A stretch of DNA of 49,946 nt. Source: an uncultured Burkholderiaceae bacterium (lineage in GTDB: Bacteria; Pseudomonadota; Gammaproteobacteria; Burkholderiales; Burkholderiaceae_F). The notes beneath the pieces are model-generated. The model searched no databases and was not told the origin of the DNA. It saw nothing but the letters and a program-made list of their open reading frames with translations. Below, in pieces: positions 20,214 through 28,572 of the stretch. The translations under genes were made by a program, and so were the position numbers. The stretch covers positions 1-49,946 of the forward strand of contig CAZBHT010000001.1 of assembly GCA_964491655.1 (NCBI GenBank), in the 5' to 3' direction. Every line of letters starts with the position of its first letter. The stretch's first letter is position 1.

Positions 20214-21644
20214 ATGAAAGATGTTTGGATCGTTGATGATGATCGTTCTATTCGATGGGTACTGGAAAAAGCTTTAAAAAGAGCCGATATTAGTTGTCGA
20301 ACCTTTGAAAATGCCGAAGAGGTTTTAAATGCTTTTAATCTAGATTCTCCAGCCGTTTTGGTTAGTGATATTCGCATGCCAGGTAAAAATGGTCTAGATT
20401 TACTCAAAGAAGTTAAGGAACGTTATCCTGATGTACCCGTTATTATCATGACGGCTTTCTCAGATCTTGACAGTGCAGTCTCAAGTTTCCAAAGTGGTGC
20501 ATTTGAGTATTTGGCCAAACCTTTTGATGTTGATAAGGCAATTGAACTGATACGACGAGGATTGGACGAAAGTTCATCAGCTGGAATGAAAACCGTAACT
20601 CAGGAATCAGTCCCAGAGATTATTGGTCAGGCTCCTGCAATGCAAGAGGTATTTCGTGCCATAGGAAAGTTATCTCAAAGTAGTGTTACGGTTTTACTAA
20701 CCGGTGAGTCTGGTGTCGGTAAAGAGGTTGTAGCAAGAGCACTACATAGACACAGCCCTCGAGGGAAAAAGGAGTTTATCGCCTTAAACATGGCCGCTAT
20801 TCCTCGTGAACTGATGGAAAGTGAACTTTTTGGTCATGAGCGAGGTGCTTTTACAGGAGCTAATACCGTTCGTCATGGTCGTTTTGAACAAGCAGAAGGA
20901 GGAACTCTTTTCTTAGATGAAATTGGAGACATGCCTGCTGAACTTCAGACTCGATTGTTAAGAGTACTTTCGGATGGTTATTATTATCGAGTGGGTGGTC
21001 ATCAAGTTATCAAAGCTAACGTACGGATTATCGCAGCTACTAATAAAAATTTAGAAGAAATGGTGAGAAATGGAGAATTCCGTGAAGATTTATATCATAG
21101 ATTGAATGTAATTCGTCTTCGTTTACCACCGCTTCGTGATCGAGCAGAAGATATCCCTCTATTAGTACAACATTTCTTATCGTTAACAGCTAAAAAACTT
21201 AATGTAGAACCCAAGAAAATTGGTGAAGATGCAATGGCATTTCTTGAAAATTTTTCATTTCCAGGAAATGTTCGCCAACTAGAAAATATTTGTAACTGGT
21301 TGACGGTTATGGCTCCGTCTCAGGTTATCCGATTAACGGATCTTCCCGAAGAAGTAAGAAATGGAGTTGCTGATACCGTACATCGCTTAAATTCTGAAGA
21401 ATCGCTTCTTTCTTCTATTGAAGGGTGTATAAATTGGCAAGAAATGTTGATAAATGATGTTAAGCAAAGACTAAATGACCAAGAAGAAAATATTATGAAA
21501 AAGATGCTTGAAGAATTTGAAAAAACTGTTCTTCAAACTGCTCTTGAGGTTACAAACGGAAGAAAAATAGAAGCAGCTCAGCGTCTAGGAATTGGTCGAA
21601 ATACAATTACCCGTAAATTACAAGAATTTAATATGAATGTTTAA
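20214..21644 (+). CDS. ntrC: Nitrogen regulation response regulator NtrC (NR-I), sigma-54 activator
   Basis: Receiver (VWIVDDD ... VSDIRMPG), AAA+ domain (GESGVGKE, GAFTGA, ESELFGHE) and a C-terminal Fis-type HTH (AAQRLGIGRNTITRKL). Confidence 0.94.
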   Translation: MKDVWIVDDDRSIRWVLEKALKRADISCRTFENAEEVLNAFNLDSPAVLVSDIRMPGKNGLDLLKEVKERYPDVPVIIMTAFSDLDSAVSSFQSGAFEYLAKPFDVDKAIELIRRGLDESSSAGMKTVTQESVPEIIGQAPAMQEVFRAIGKLSQSSVTVLLTGESGVGKEVVARALHRHSPRGKKEFIALNMAAIPRELMESELFGHERGAFTGANTVRHGRFEQAEGGTLFLDEIGDMPAELQTRLLRVLSDGYYYRVGGHQVIKANVRIIAATNKNLEEMVRNGEFREDLYHRLNVIRLRLPPLRDRAEDIPLLVQHFLSLTAKKLNVEPKKIGEDAMAFLENFSFPGNVRQLENICNWLTVMAPSQVIRLTDLPEEVRNGVADTVHRLNSEESLLSSIEGCINWQEMLINDVKQRLNDQEENIMKKMLEEFEKTVLQTALEVTNGRKIEAAQRLGIGRNTITRKLQEFNMNV

Positions 21645-21671
21645 GTTTTTAAACATTGCTTTTTACTGTTT

Positions 21672-22688
21672 ATGACATTATTAACTTTAGAAACAATTGA
21701 AGATCGGCTTTTTACAGCAGGAGCTAAAACGATTCATGTAGAACATTTTTTTCGAACTTGGCTATCGATGAAAATCTTTAATGATCAAAGTTTAAATTTT
21801 CCTAAGTTAGTCAAACAAGAAATAAGCCGGCTTCTTGACGAAATGAACAATTCGGTCCAAATCATCCAAGAAGCAAAAGACGGAGAGGATTCATCAAAAT
21901 TAATTGTTCGTCTTCAAGATGGTGAAATTATTGAGAGTGTCTTATTGCCAAGGGGTGGTTTATGTGTTTCCTGTCAAGTTGGATGTGCCGTTGGTTGTGT
22001 GTTCTGTATGACAGGAAAATCAGGGCTGGTTCGGCAACTAACCGACTTTGAAATTGTGTCGCAATTACGTCTGGCAAGACAAATTCGATCTGTTTCTAAA
22101 GTGGTTTTTATGGGTATGGGTGAGCCGTCTCATAACCGAAGGAATGTTTTGTCAGCTATTGATTTTATGGCTAAGTTTTCTGGTATAGGTTATAAAAATC
22201 TAGTTCTTTCAACCGTGGGAGATCGTAGACTTTTTAATGAATTAGAGCAAAGGACAATTAAACCTGCTCTTGCAATTTCTCTACATACTACATCGGATGA
22301 AAAGCGTAAGGAGTTGCTTCCAAATGCGGAAAGAATTCCGGTTGTCGAGATTATGAATTTTGCCTCCCGATATGCAAAAAACACCCACTACCCGGTTCAG
22401 TATCAATGGACTTTAATTCAAGGTCTCAATGATGATGATCAAGAACTTGATCGTCTAGGGAAATTATGGCCCGGGCAGTTTGCTATTATGAATATGATAC
22501 CGGTTAATAGCGTTGAGGGCTCGTCTTATGTACGTCCTAATTCAGATCGACTATCGGTCATCGAAGATAAACTCCATCAGATTGGGGTACTTTTAAAGTA
22601 TCGGGAGTCCGCGGCTCAGAACGTAAATGGTGGTTGCGGGCAACTTCGAGCTCGTTATCAAGCACAAAAGGATGAATCAAACGGGTAA
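21672..22688 (+). CDS. RlmN/Cfr-family radical SAM RNA methyl synthase, short divergent member
   Basis: LCVSCQVGCAVGCVFCMTG (radical SAM CxxxCxxC plus the upstream mechanistic Cys), VVFMGMGEPS, LVLSTVG, ALAISLH, MNMIPVN and the C-terminal GGCGQLRA are colinear with RlmN. It is 338 aa, versus about 380 aa for canonical RlmN. Confidence 0.8.
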   Translation: MTLLTLETIEDRLFTAGAKTIHVEHFFRTWLSMKIFNDQSLNFPKLVKQEISRLLDEMNNSVQIIQEAKDGEDSSKLIVRLQDGEIIESVLLPRGGLCVSCQVGCAVGCVFCMTGKSGLVRQLTDFEIVSQLRLARQIRSVSKVVFMGMGEPSHNRRNVLSAIDFMAKFSGIGYKNLVLSTVGDRRLFNELEQRTIKPALAISLHTTSDEKRKELLPNAERIPVVEIMNFASRYAKNTHYPVQYQWTLIQGLNDDDQELDRLGKLWPGQFAIMNMIPVNSVEGSSYVRPNSDRLSVIEDKLHQIGVLLKYRESAAQNVNGGCGQLRARYQAQKDESNG

Positions 22689-22743
22689 ATTGAAAACTCG
22701 AAATTGATTCCATAAGAAAACAATCTAGAAACTGTAAAAACAA

Positions 22744-22778
22744 GTATCAAAGTAAGCCTTGACTTTGATACCTGTTTT
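22744..22778. terminator. Bidirectional intrinsic terminator between convergent genes
   Basis: 10-bp stem gtatcaaagt (22744-22753) / actttgatac (22762-22771). ctgtttt follows on the + strand and ttgttttt follows on the - strand. Confidence 0.75.
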
Positions 22779-22795
22779 GATAACGATCAAAAACT

Positions 22796-23758
22796 TTATT
22801 CTTTCCGATATTCATATTTGTAGAAGTAATCTTCTACTGCTAATCGAGACTTATCCGCTGTTTCTCGGTCTTCAATTTTGCTTCTTAAACGTACAAAATA
22901 ACGACAAGCTTCGGGTTGAGCTCTGTTTCCTGTTGCATGAATGTCTTGACCCTGTCTAAGGAAGAAGGGTAAAGAAATTTCTTGATTAAAATAGGGTTCA
23001 ATCTTGCGAACAGGAGCCATGGATCGAGCTTCTTGTGCACGAGATTCTGGCCATGCGGGGTTCACAATTACTTTTTCATTAGGCAGAAGGGTTAAATCAA
23101 ATAAATACTGAACACTGCCGTCTTCACCAGCCCAGCAAGGAGGTCTATCGAGACCAGAGCGACGGATAAGGAAGTTACTACTAGATAGACAACGCTCTAA
23201 TTCAGATTGCAAGTTAGAGGTATTTGTTAGTTGATCCTCTAGAGATTTTTGTTGAGATTCTAATTCATGAATACGACGATCCTTAACATCTAAAAGATGT
23301 TGTACTGAGGTGGAAAGTAAGTGTGTTTCCCCATGCGTGATTTGTTCAGCAACCTTTATAAGTTCATCCTTATATTTTTGATAATCAAGCGTATTAGAGT
23401 GATTCTGATAAATATCGACTAAGGCCTTCCCCAATTCAATGGCGCTTTTAGCAGAGGAGGTGGTTTTTCCTAAAACCGTTGAAACACATTGAGCACAGGG
23501 TGCTAACGGATCTACAACGTCAGAAGGGCTCGGTGTGCAAAGTGTCGAAATTTCTCGAGATAACTTTTCAAAGTGTTTGATTTGAAGTGTTTGCTCGTTT
23601 ATCTGAGAGGTTAATTGAAGCTCTTTTTCCTGGTTAGCCTCCAATTGTTTATGAAGTTGAAATGATCGGAATCCAAGCAACAATAACAGCAATGAAAGTA
23701 TTGTGATAATGATTTCTTTCCAAGGAAAACTCTTGGGCTTAACAGGTTGTTCGGCCAC
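22796..23758 (-). CDS. Hypothetical membrane-anchored coiled-coil protein (no family recognised)
   Basis: 320-aa ORF with a GTG start 6 nt after aggaga. One N-terminal TM helix (IIITILSLLLLLLGF), two long heptad-like Q/E/L-rich stretches, and a ~135-aa C-terminal globular region (DRPPCWAGEDGSVQYLFDL ... PEACRYFVRLR ... DYFYKYEY). Confidence 0.65.
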   Translation of the reverse strand: MAEQPVKPKSFPWKEIIITILSLLLLLLGFRSFQLHKQLEANQEKELQLTSQINEQTLQIKHFEKLSREISTLCTPSPSDVVDPLAPCAQCVSTVLGKTTSSAKSAIELGKALVDIYQNHSNTLDYQKYKDELIKVAEQITHGETHLLSTSVQHLLDVKDRRIHELESQQKSLEDQLTNTSNLQSELERCLSSSNFLIRRSGLDRPPCWAGEDGSVQYLFDLTLLPNEKVIVNPAWPESRAQEARSMAPVRKIEPYFNQEISLPFFLRQGQDIHATGNRAQPEACRYFVRLRSKIEDRETADKSRLAVEDYFYKYEYRKE

Positions 23759-23853
23759 TTTCTTTCTCCTATTACCTCGGTTCTAGTTATTATCTAATAA
23801 GTCTAGCAAATGATCATATAAGGCAGACCAAATCCTGTTTTATATTTCCTCTG

Positions 23854-24654
23854 TTATAAATCAAGTTCAATTCGCACTGGTGCGTGATCACTCGGACGTT
23901 CATTGGCTCGTATTTTTTTATCGATCTGAGTGGATAGATTTTTATCGATAAGATTTTTTGAGATCAAAATATGATCGATTCTTAAACCCCGATTTCTTCT
24001 AAAAGCTAGCATACGATAATCCCACCAGGAATAAGACTTCTCTGGTTGGGAAAACTGTCGAAAGGCATCTGAAAGACCTAGTTTTTTTAAAGAGAAAAAA
24101 GCGTCTCGAACGGACGGAGAACAAAGCACAGAATCTTTCCAGTATTCTGGATCATGGCAGTCACAATCTTCGGGCATGATGTTAAAGTCACCCACGACCA
24201 TAAGATTGGAGTGGTTTTGTAATTCCTGATGAATATATTCGTTAAGTTTGTTTAACCAGGTTAGTTTATAGGGGTATTTATCTGACTCTAAAGATTCGCC
24301 GTTTGGAAAATATCCGTTGATTAAACGGATTTGCGTGTTTCCCTTTACTAGAGTACCTGCAATTAGACGTTTTTGTGGATCTTCATACAGCGGGTTGTTG
24401 TTCTGTATGTCAGTAAAGTTGTCGTAACTATCTTTGCGAATAATAGTAGCGACACCGTTATATGTTTTTTGAGCATTACAATAAATATCAAAGCCGGCGT
24501 TTTCAAATTCAGCTCTAGGAATATCAGAATCCTGAAGTTTTAACTCCTGCAGACACAACACATCAATAGAGTAGTTTTCTAGGTACTCTAAGACTTGAGG
24601 TAATCGAACCTTTAGAGAATTAACATTCCAAGTAGCGATGGTGAAACGGCTCAT
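23854..24654 (-). CDS. xthA: Exodeoxyribonuclease III
   Basis: FTIATWNVNSLKVR, LCLQELK, GDFN and SDHAPV (EEP nuclease motifs). ATG 24654 gives the canonical N-terminus. The ORF-track TTG 24672 is an alternative. Confidence 0.92.
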   Translation of the reverse strand: MSRFTIATWNVNSLKVRLPQVLEYLENYSIDVLCLQELKLQDSDIPRAEFENAGFDIYCNAQKTYNGVATIIRKDSYDNFTDIQNNNPLYEDPQKRLIAGTLVKGNTQIRLINGYFPNGESLESDKYPYKLTWLNKLNEYIHQELQNHSNLMVVGDFNIMPEDCDCHDPEYWKDSVLCSPSVRDAFFSLKKLGLSDAFRQFSQPEKSYSWWDYRMLAFRRNRGLRIDHILISKNLIDKNLSTQIDKKIRANERPSDHAPVRIELDL

Positions 24655-24677
24655 AGTCGACTTTAATCCCAATCATT

Positions 24678-24709
24678 CATGGAGAACCTAAAAAGATAGG
24701 TTCTCCATG
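24678..24709. other. Perfect 13-bp stem-loop between prlC stop and xthA start
   Basis: catggagaaccta (24678-24690), loop aaaaga, then taggttctccatg (24697-24709). No U-tract follows on the transcribed (-) strand. Confidence 0.6.
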
Positions 24710-24716
24710 TGGTTTA

Positions 24717-26765
24717 TTAATTTTTTTGCATACCGTATTGACGAAGCAAGGCTTCTGTTGTTGGTTTTCGACCCCGGAAAGCGATGAAGTTTTCCATAGC
24801 CGGACGTGAGCCACCACGAGAAAGAATTTCATCTAGGTATTTTTTACCGACTTCTGCATTAAAAATACCTTTTTCTTCGAAAAGAGAGAATACATCCGCA
24901 GAAAGTAGTTCAGCCCATTTGTAGCTGTAGTAGCCAGCGGCGTATCCGCCGGCAAAAATGTGAGCAAAAGACTCCGCAAAACGGTTGTATTCTGGTGGGA
25001 AAACGACGGCAACTTCGTTACGAACTTGTTTTAATAAACTATGGAAATTCTCCTCTTTTGGATCAAAACCCGTATGCAGTAGCATGTCAAAGAGGGCAAA
25101 CTCAATTTGTCGAACCGTACCCATACCGGCTTCAAAGTTCTTAGCAGAGACTACTTTATCAAAAAGTGATCGAGGCATCTTTTCATGTGTGGTGACATGA
25201 TTTGAAAGTGTTTGAACCACATCCCAATTCCAAGTGAAGTTTTCCATAAACTGACTTGGGAGTTCTACTGCATCCCATTCCACACCGCTAATACCAGATA
25301 CCGCAAGATCTGTTTGTGTTGTCAGCATATGATGTAAGCCATGACCAAATTCATGGAAAAGTGTTTCGACATCTCGATGAGTAAGAAGGGCTGGTTTATC
25401 TCCAATCGGAGAGGCAAAGTTACATACGAGATAAGCAATAGGTGTTTGAATACCCTTTGCTGTTAATCGACGAGACCGTTGATCATTCATCCACGCACCA
25501 CCGCGTTTACCTGGACGTGCGTAAAGGTCAGTGTAAAAACCTGCGATCTCTTCTTCATTTTTTCTAACAGAAAAGAATTTAACATCTTTGTGCCAAGCAG
25601 GAGCACAGCTTTCTTCAATTTGAATTGAGAAAAGTTTTTCTACTAATTTAAATAGACCATTAAAAACCTGAGGTTCCGTGAAGTACTCCTTAACTTCTTC
25701 TTCACTATAGGCGTATTTCTGTTCCCGAAGTTTTTCTGCAACATAGCTCAAATCCCAAGGTTTGGGATTCTGTAGTCCCAATTGTGAAGATGCAAAGTGG
25801 AGCAATTCTTCCATATCATTCTGAGCAAAAGGTTTTGCTTTAGAAGAAAGATCTCTTAAGAACTCGATAACTCGGGTTGGGTTATCTGCCATTTTGGGTA
25901 CCAACGATACTTCAGCAAAATTCTGATATCCCAGAAGCGAGGCTTCTTGTTGACGTAGTTCTAGTAATCGATTGATGATTGGGGCATTATCCTTATCTAA
26001 GGGACCCAAATTACTAGCTCGGGTTGAGTAGGCTTCATAGATGTTTTCTCTTAATTTTCGATTAGAGGCGTATTGCGTAATCGCCAAGTAATTTGGCATA
26101 TGAAGCGTGATTTTGTATCCTTCTTTCCCTTCAAGACGAGCCTGTTGAGCAAACATTTCTCGATCACTTGCTGTGATTCCATCTAAATCATTCGTATCTT
26201 CCGGAAGGTAGAGTGCGAAATTATTTGTACAGTCTAGAAGATTCTCTGAAAATTTTTGAGAAAGTTGAGCTTGTTCCTGATTGATTTTTAATAACTTTTC
26301 TTTATCAATATCATTTAGCTCTGCACCAGAGAGAACAAAACCTTGAATTTCTTTTTCTAAAATACGTTTACGAACGTCTGAGTAATCTTTGTAAAAGTCT
26401 GAATTTTTAATATCTTTATATTTCTTATAAAGTGCTTCGTTTTGACCGATTTTTCCAAAAGTCTCAGAAATCAGAGGAAGAAGCTCGTTATAAATAGTAC
26501 GTAATTCAGGAGTATCAACGACGCTATTGAGGTGTGAAATGATGGACCAAACGTAAGTTAAGTTCTCTACAGCATCATCTAAAGGAGTAATAACATTATC
26601 CCAAGTAGCAATCTCTGTTGAGCTCGTGATTTCACTAACTTTTTTATTTAATTGTGAGATCAATGCTTCAATAGCAGGGATAAACGAATTTTGATCAAGA
26701 TTAGAGAAATCAATTAACTTTGACTTGTCCTCTGTAACGGAGAGGATATCGATTTTGTCTGTCAT
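24717..26765 (-). CDS. prlC: Oligopeptidase A (M3 family zinc metallopeptidase)
   Basis: 682 aa. It has the zinc motif HEFGHGLHH and the downstream GVEWDAVELPSQFMEN. Confidence 0.95.
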   Translation of the reverse strand: MTDKIDILSVTEDKSKLIDFSNLDQNSFIPAIEALISQLNKKVSEITSSTEIATWDNVITPLDDAVENLTYVWSIISHLNSVVDTPELRTIYNELLPLISETFGKIGQNEALYKKYKDIKNSDFYKDYSDVRKRILEKEIQGFVLSGAELNDIDKEKLLKINQEQAQLSQKFSENLLDCTNNFALYLPEDTNDLDGITASDREMFAQQARLEGKEGYKITLHMPNYLAITQYASNRKLRENIYEAYSTRASNLGPLDKDNAPIINRLLELRQQEASLLGYQNFAEVSLVPKMADNPTRVIEFLRDLSSKAKPFAQNDMEELLHFASSQLGLQNPKPWDLSYVAEKLREQKYAYSEEEVKEYFTEPQVFNGLFKLVEKLFSIQIEESCAPAWHKDVKFFSVRKNEEEIAGFYTDLYARPGKRGGAWMNDQRSRRLTAKGIQTPIAYLVCNFASPIGDKPALLTHRDVETLFHEFGHGLHHMLTTQTDLAVSGISGVEWDAVELPSQFMENFTWNWDVVQTLSNHVTTHEKMPRSLFDKVVSAKNFEAGMGTVRQIEFALFDMLLHTGFDPKEENFHSLLKQVRNEVAVVFPPEYNRFAESFAHIFAGGYAAGYYSYKWAELLSADVFSLFEEKGIFNAEVGKKYLDEILSRGGSRPAMENFIAFRGRKPTTEALLRQYGMQKN

Positions 26766-26830
26766 TTGAAATACTTAACTTCAGGAAATAACAAAGAATT
26801 TTGTCTATATAAACTTTATAAGTCGAGATT

Positions 26831-27679
26831 TTACAAAGTCGACTCGGCGCTTTTTATAGTGTTATCCAGTAACATAGCAATCGTCATTGGACCAACGCCA
26901 CCGGGAACGGGAGTAATCCAGCCGGCAACCTCTGAAACTGTATCGAAATCTACGTCGCCACAGAGTTTCCCATCCGTGTCTCGGTTTATTCCAACATCAA
27001 CGACGATAGAACCAGGTTTAACCATATCCGCAGAAATCATGCGAGGCTTTCCTACGGCAGATACTAAGATGTCGGCCTGTCGAGTGATTGAGGCCAGATC
27101 CTTTGTTTTACTATGAACCATAGAAACTGTGCAATTTCTTTCTAAAAACATAAGAGCCATAGGTTTGCCGACAATGTTGCTACGACCAATGACAACCGCA
27201 TGTTTGCCTTCGAAAGAAAGACCGGATAGTTCCAGCATTCGAATGACGCCAGAAGGTGTACAAGGGCGAAAACCAGAAAGACCCGATAGTAAACGACCGG
27301 CATTTAATAAATGAAAGCCATCAACATCCTTTTCGGGGGAAATTTTTTCAAGAATACGATGCTCATCAATATGTTTGGGTAGCGGTAGCTGAACTAAGAT
27401 TCCATTGATGTCGGTATCGCTGTTGAGCTCTTCTATGAGCTTCAATACGCTTGCTTCAGTCGTATCATCGGAGAGTGATACTTTGATAGAACGAACTCCA
27501 ACCTCGTGACAGGCTTTGATTTTATTGCGAACATAAATAGCACTGGCTGGATTATTACCAACAACGATAACCACTAATGTAGGCTGTATTCCTTTGTTTA
27601 AAAGCTGGTCAACTCTTTTTTTGACATCTTTTCGGATGGAGGTTGCTATAGCCTTACCATCGATAATGTTGGCTACCAA
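26831..27679 (-). CDS. folD: Bifunctional methylenetetrahydrofolate dehydrogenase / methenyl-THF cyclohydrolase
   Basis: IIDGKAIA, YVRNKIKAC, GILVQLPLP, CTPSGV, VIGRSNIVGKP and PVPGGVGPMT are present. TTG 27679 (about 8 nt after aagga) gives the canonical N-terminus MVANIIDGK. The ORF-track TTG 27700 has no SD. Confidence 0.94.
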   Translation of the reverse strand: MVANIIDGKAIATSIRKDVKKRVDQLLNKGIQPTLVVIVVGNNPASAIYVRNKIKACHEVGVRSIKVSLSDDTTEASVLKLIEELNSDTDINGILVQLPLPKHIDEHRILEKISPEKDVDGFHLLNAGRLLSGLSGFRPCTPSGVIRMLELSGLSFEGKHAVVIGRSNIVGKPMALMFLERNCTVSMVHSKTKDLASITRQADILVSAVGKPRMISADMVKPGSIVVDVGINRDTDGKLCGDVDFDTVSEVAGWITPVPGGVGPMTIAMLLDNTIKSAESTL

Positions 27680-27698
27680 TTGATGATTCCTTTCATTC

Positions 27699-27733
27699 AA
27701 AAAAGAAGAAAGGATGACATATCACGTCATCCT
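27699..27733 (-). terminator. Intrinsic terminator after the FixJ-like regulator gene, immediately upstream of folD
   Basis: 8-bp stem aggatgac (27711-27718) / gtcatcct (27726-27733). On the - strand the hairpin is followed by ttcttctttttt. Confidence 0.7.
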
Positions 27734-27744
27734 GAATATTCGAC

Positions 27745-28416
27745 TTAGAGATTATTATCTTTAAGAGGAGTTTTGTTTGCATTCATGACAACACGCATCA
27801 GGTCTGCCACAGTACCAGAATTAGTTTTGTCCATGATAGAGGCTCGATGTGCCTCTACGGTTTTAATTGAAATACCAAGGTCGGAGGCAATTTGCTTATT
27901 GAGTCTTCCTGAAACAATACGTTCTAATACGTGCTGTTCCCGAGGCGTTAATTTACCGAGGAGAGCATCGTTTAAAGAACGGCGTTCTGCTTTAATTTTT
28001 CTATTACGTGCTTCTTGAAGCATTCGTTCGACTAGAGCACGCAGAGCGGCTTGGTCGAATGGCTTTTCAATGAAATCAACTGCACCCTTTTTTAGGGTGG
28101 AAACCGCCATGGAAACATCCCCATGACCGGAAATAAAAATAATCGGAATGTCGCATCTACGAGCTAACAAATGTTCCTGAACTTCAAGGCCACTCATGCC
28201 TGGCATGCGCACATCAAGAATTAGAACAGCGATCGCATTTGGATCAAATTTTGCTAAAAACATCTCACCACTATCGAATAATTCGACACGATAGCTTGAT
28301 GTTTCAAGAAGCCATTTCAGAGAATCGCGTACAGCCTCATCATCTTCAACAACATAAACTATACCCAGAGCTTCTACTGATTCATGGGAGAAGTTTTTAG
28401 ATGTCAGGTGAATCAT
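27745..28416 (-). CDS. FixJ/NarL(LuxR)-family response regulator
   Basis: Receiver (VYVVEDDEAVRDSL ... LILDVRMPGMSG ... IIFISGHGD) plus a LuxR-type HTH (LTPREQHVLERIVSGRLNKQIASDLGISIKTVEAHR). Confidence 0.88.
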   Translation of the reverse strand: MIHLTSKNFSHESVEALGIVYVVEDDEAVRDSLKWLLETSSYRVELFDSGEMFLAKFDPNAIAVLILDVRMPGMSGLEVQEHLLARRCDIPIIFISGHGDVSMAVSTLKKGAVDFIEKPFDQAALRALVERMLQEARNRKIKAERRSLNDALLGKLTPREQHVLERIVSGRLNKQIASDLGISIKTVEAHRASIMDKTNSGTVADLMRVVMNANKTPLKDNNL

Positions 28417-28572
28417 TATGAATAACCTTTCGCAGAAATAAACACTCAGAACAACAAATAAAACGACATATACGCCGATAGGGTTCCACCATGGAACATT
28501 TCCAATTATATCTCACTAAGCGCTACCCCTTAAGGGTTTTATTCATATCTATCGGAATAAACGACATTTATG

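Noticed and set aside
28527-28536. A 10-bp palindrome cccttaaggg, plus a 7-bp inverted repeat ccgatag/ctatcgg, in the 156-nt spacer between the FixL-like kinase and FixJ-like regulator genes. There is also a perfect TATAAT on the - strand (28505-28510).
   Set aside because: The palindrome is too short to form a stable hairpin, and its T-run is on the non-transcribed strand. The -10 hexamer has no convincing -35 element. This is plausibly just the regulator's promoter region, and nothing can be supported further from sequence alone.
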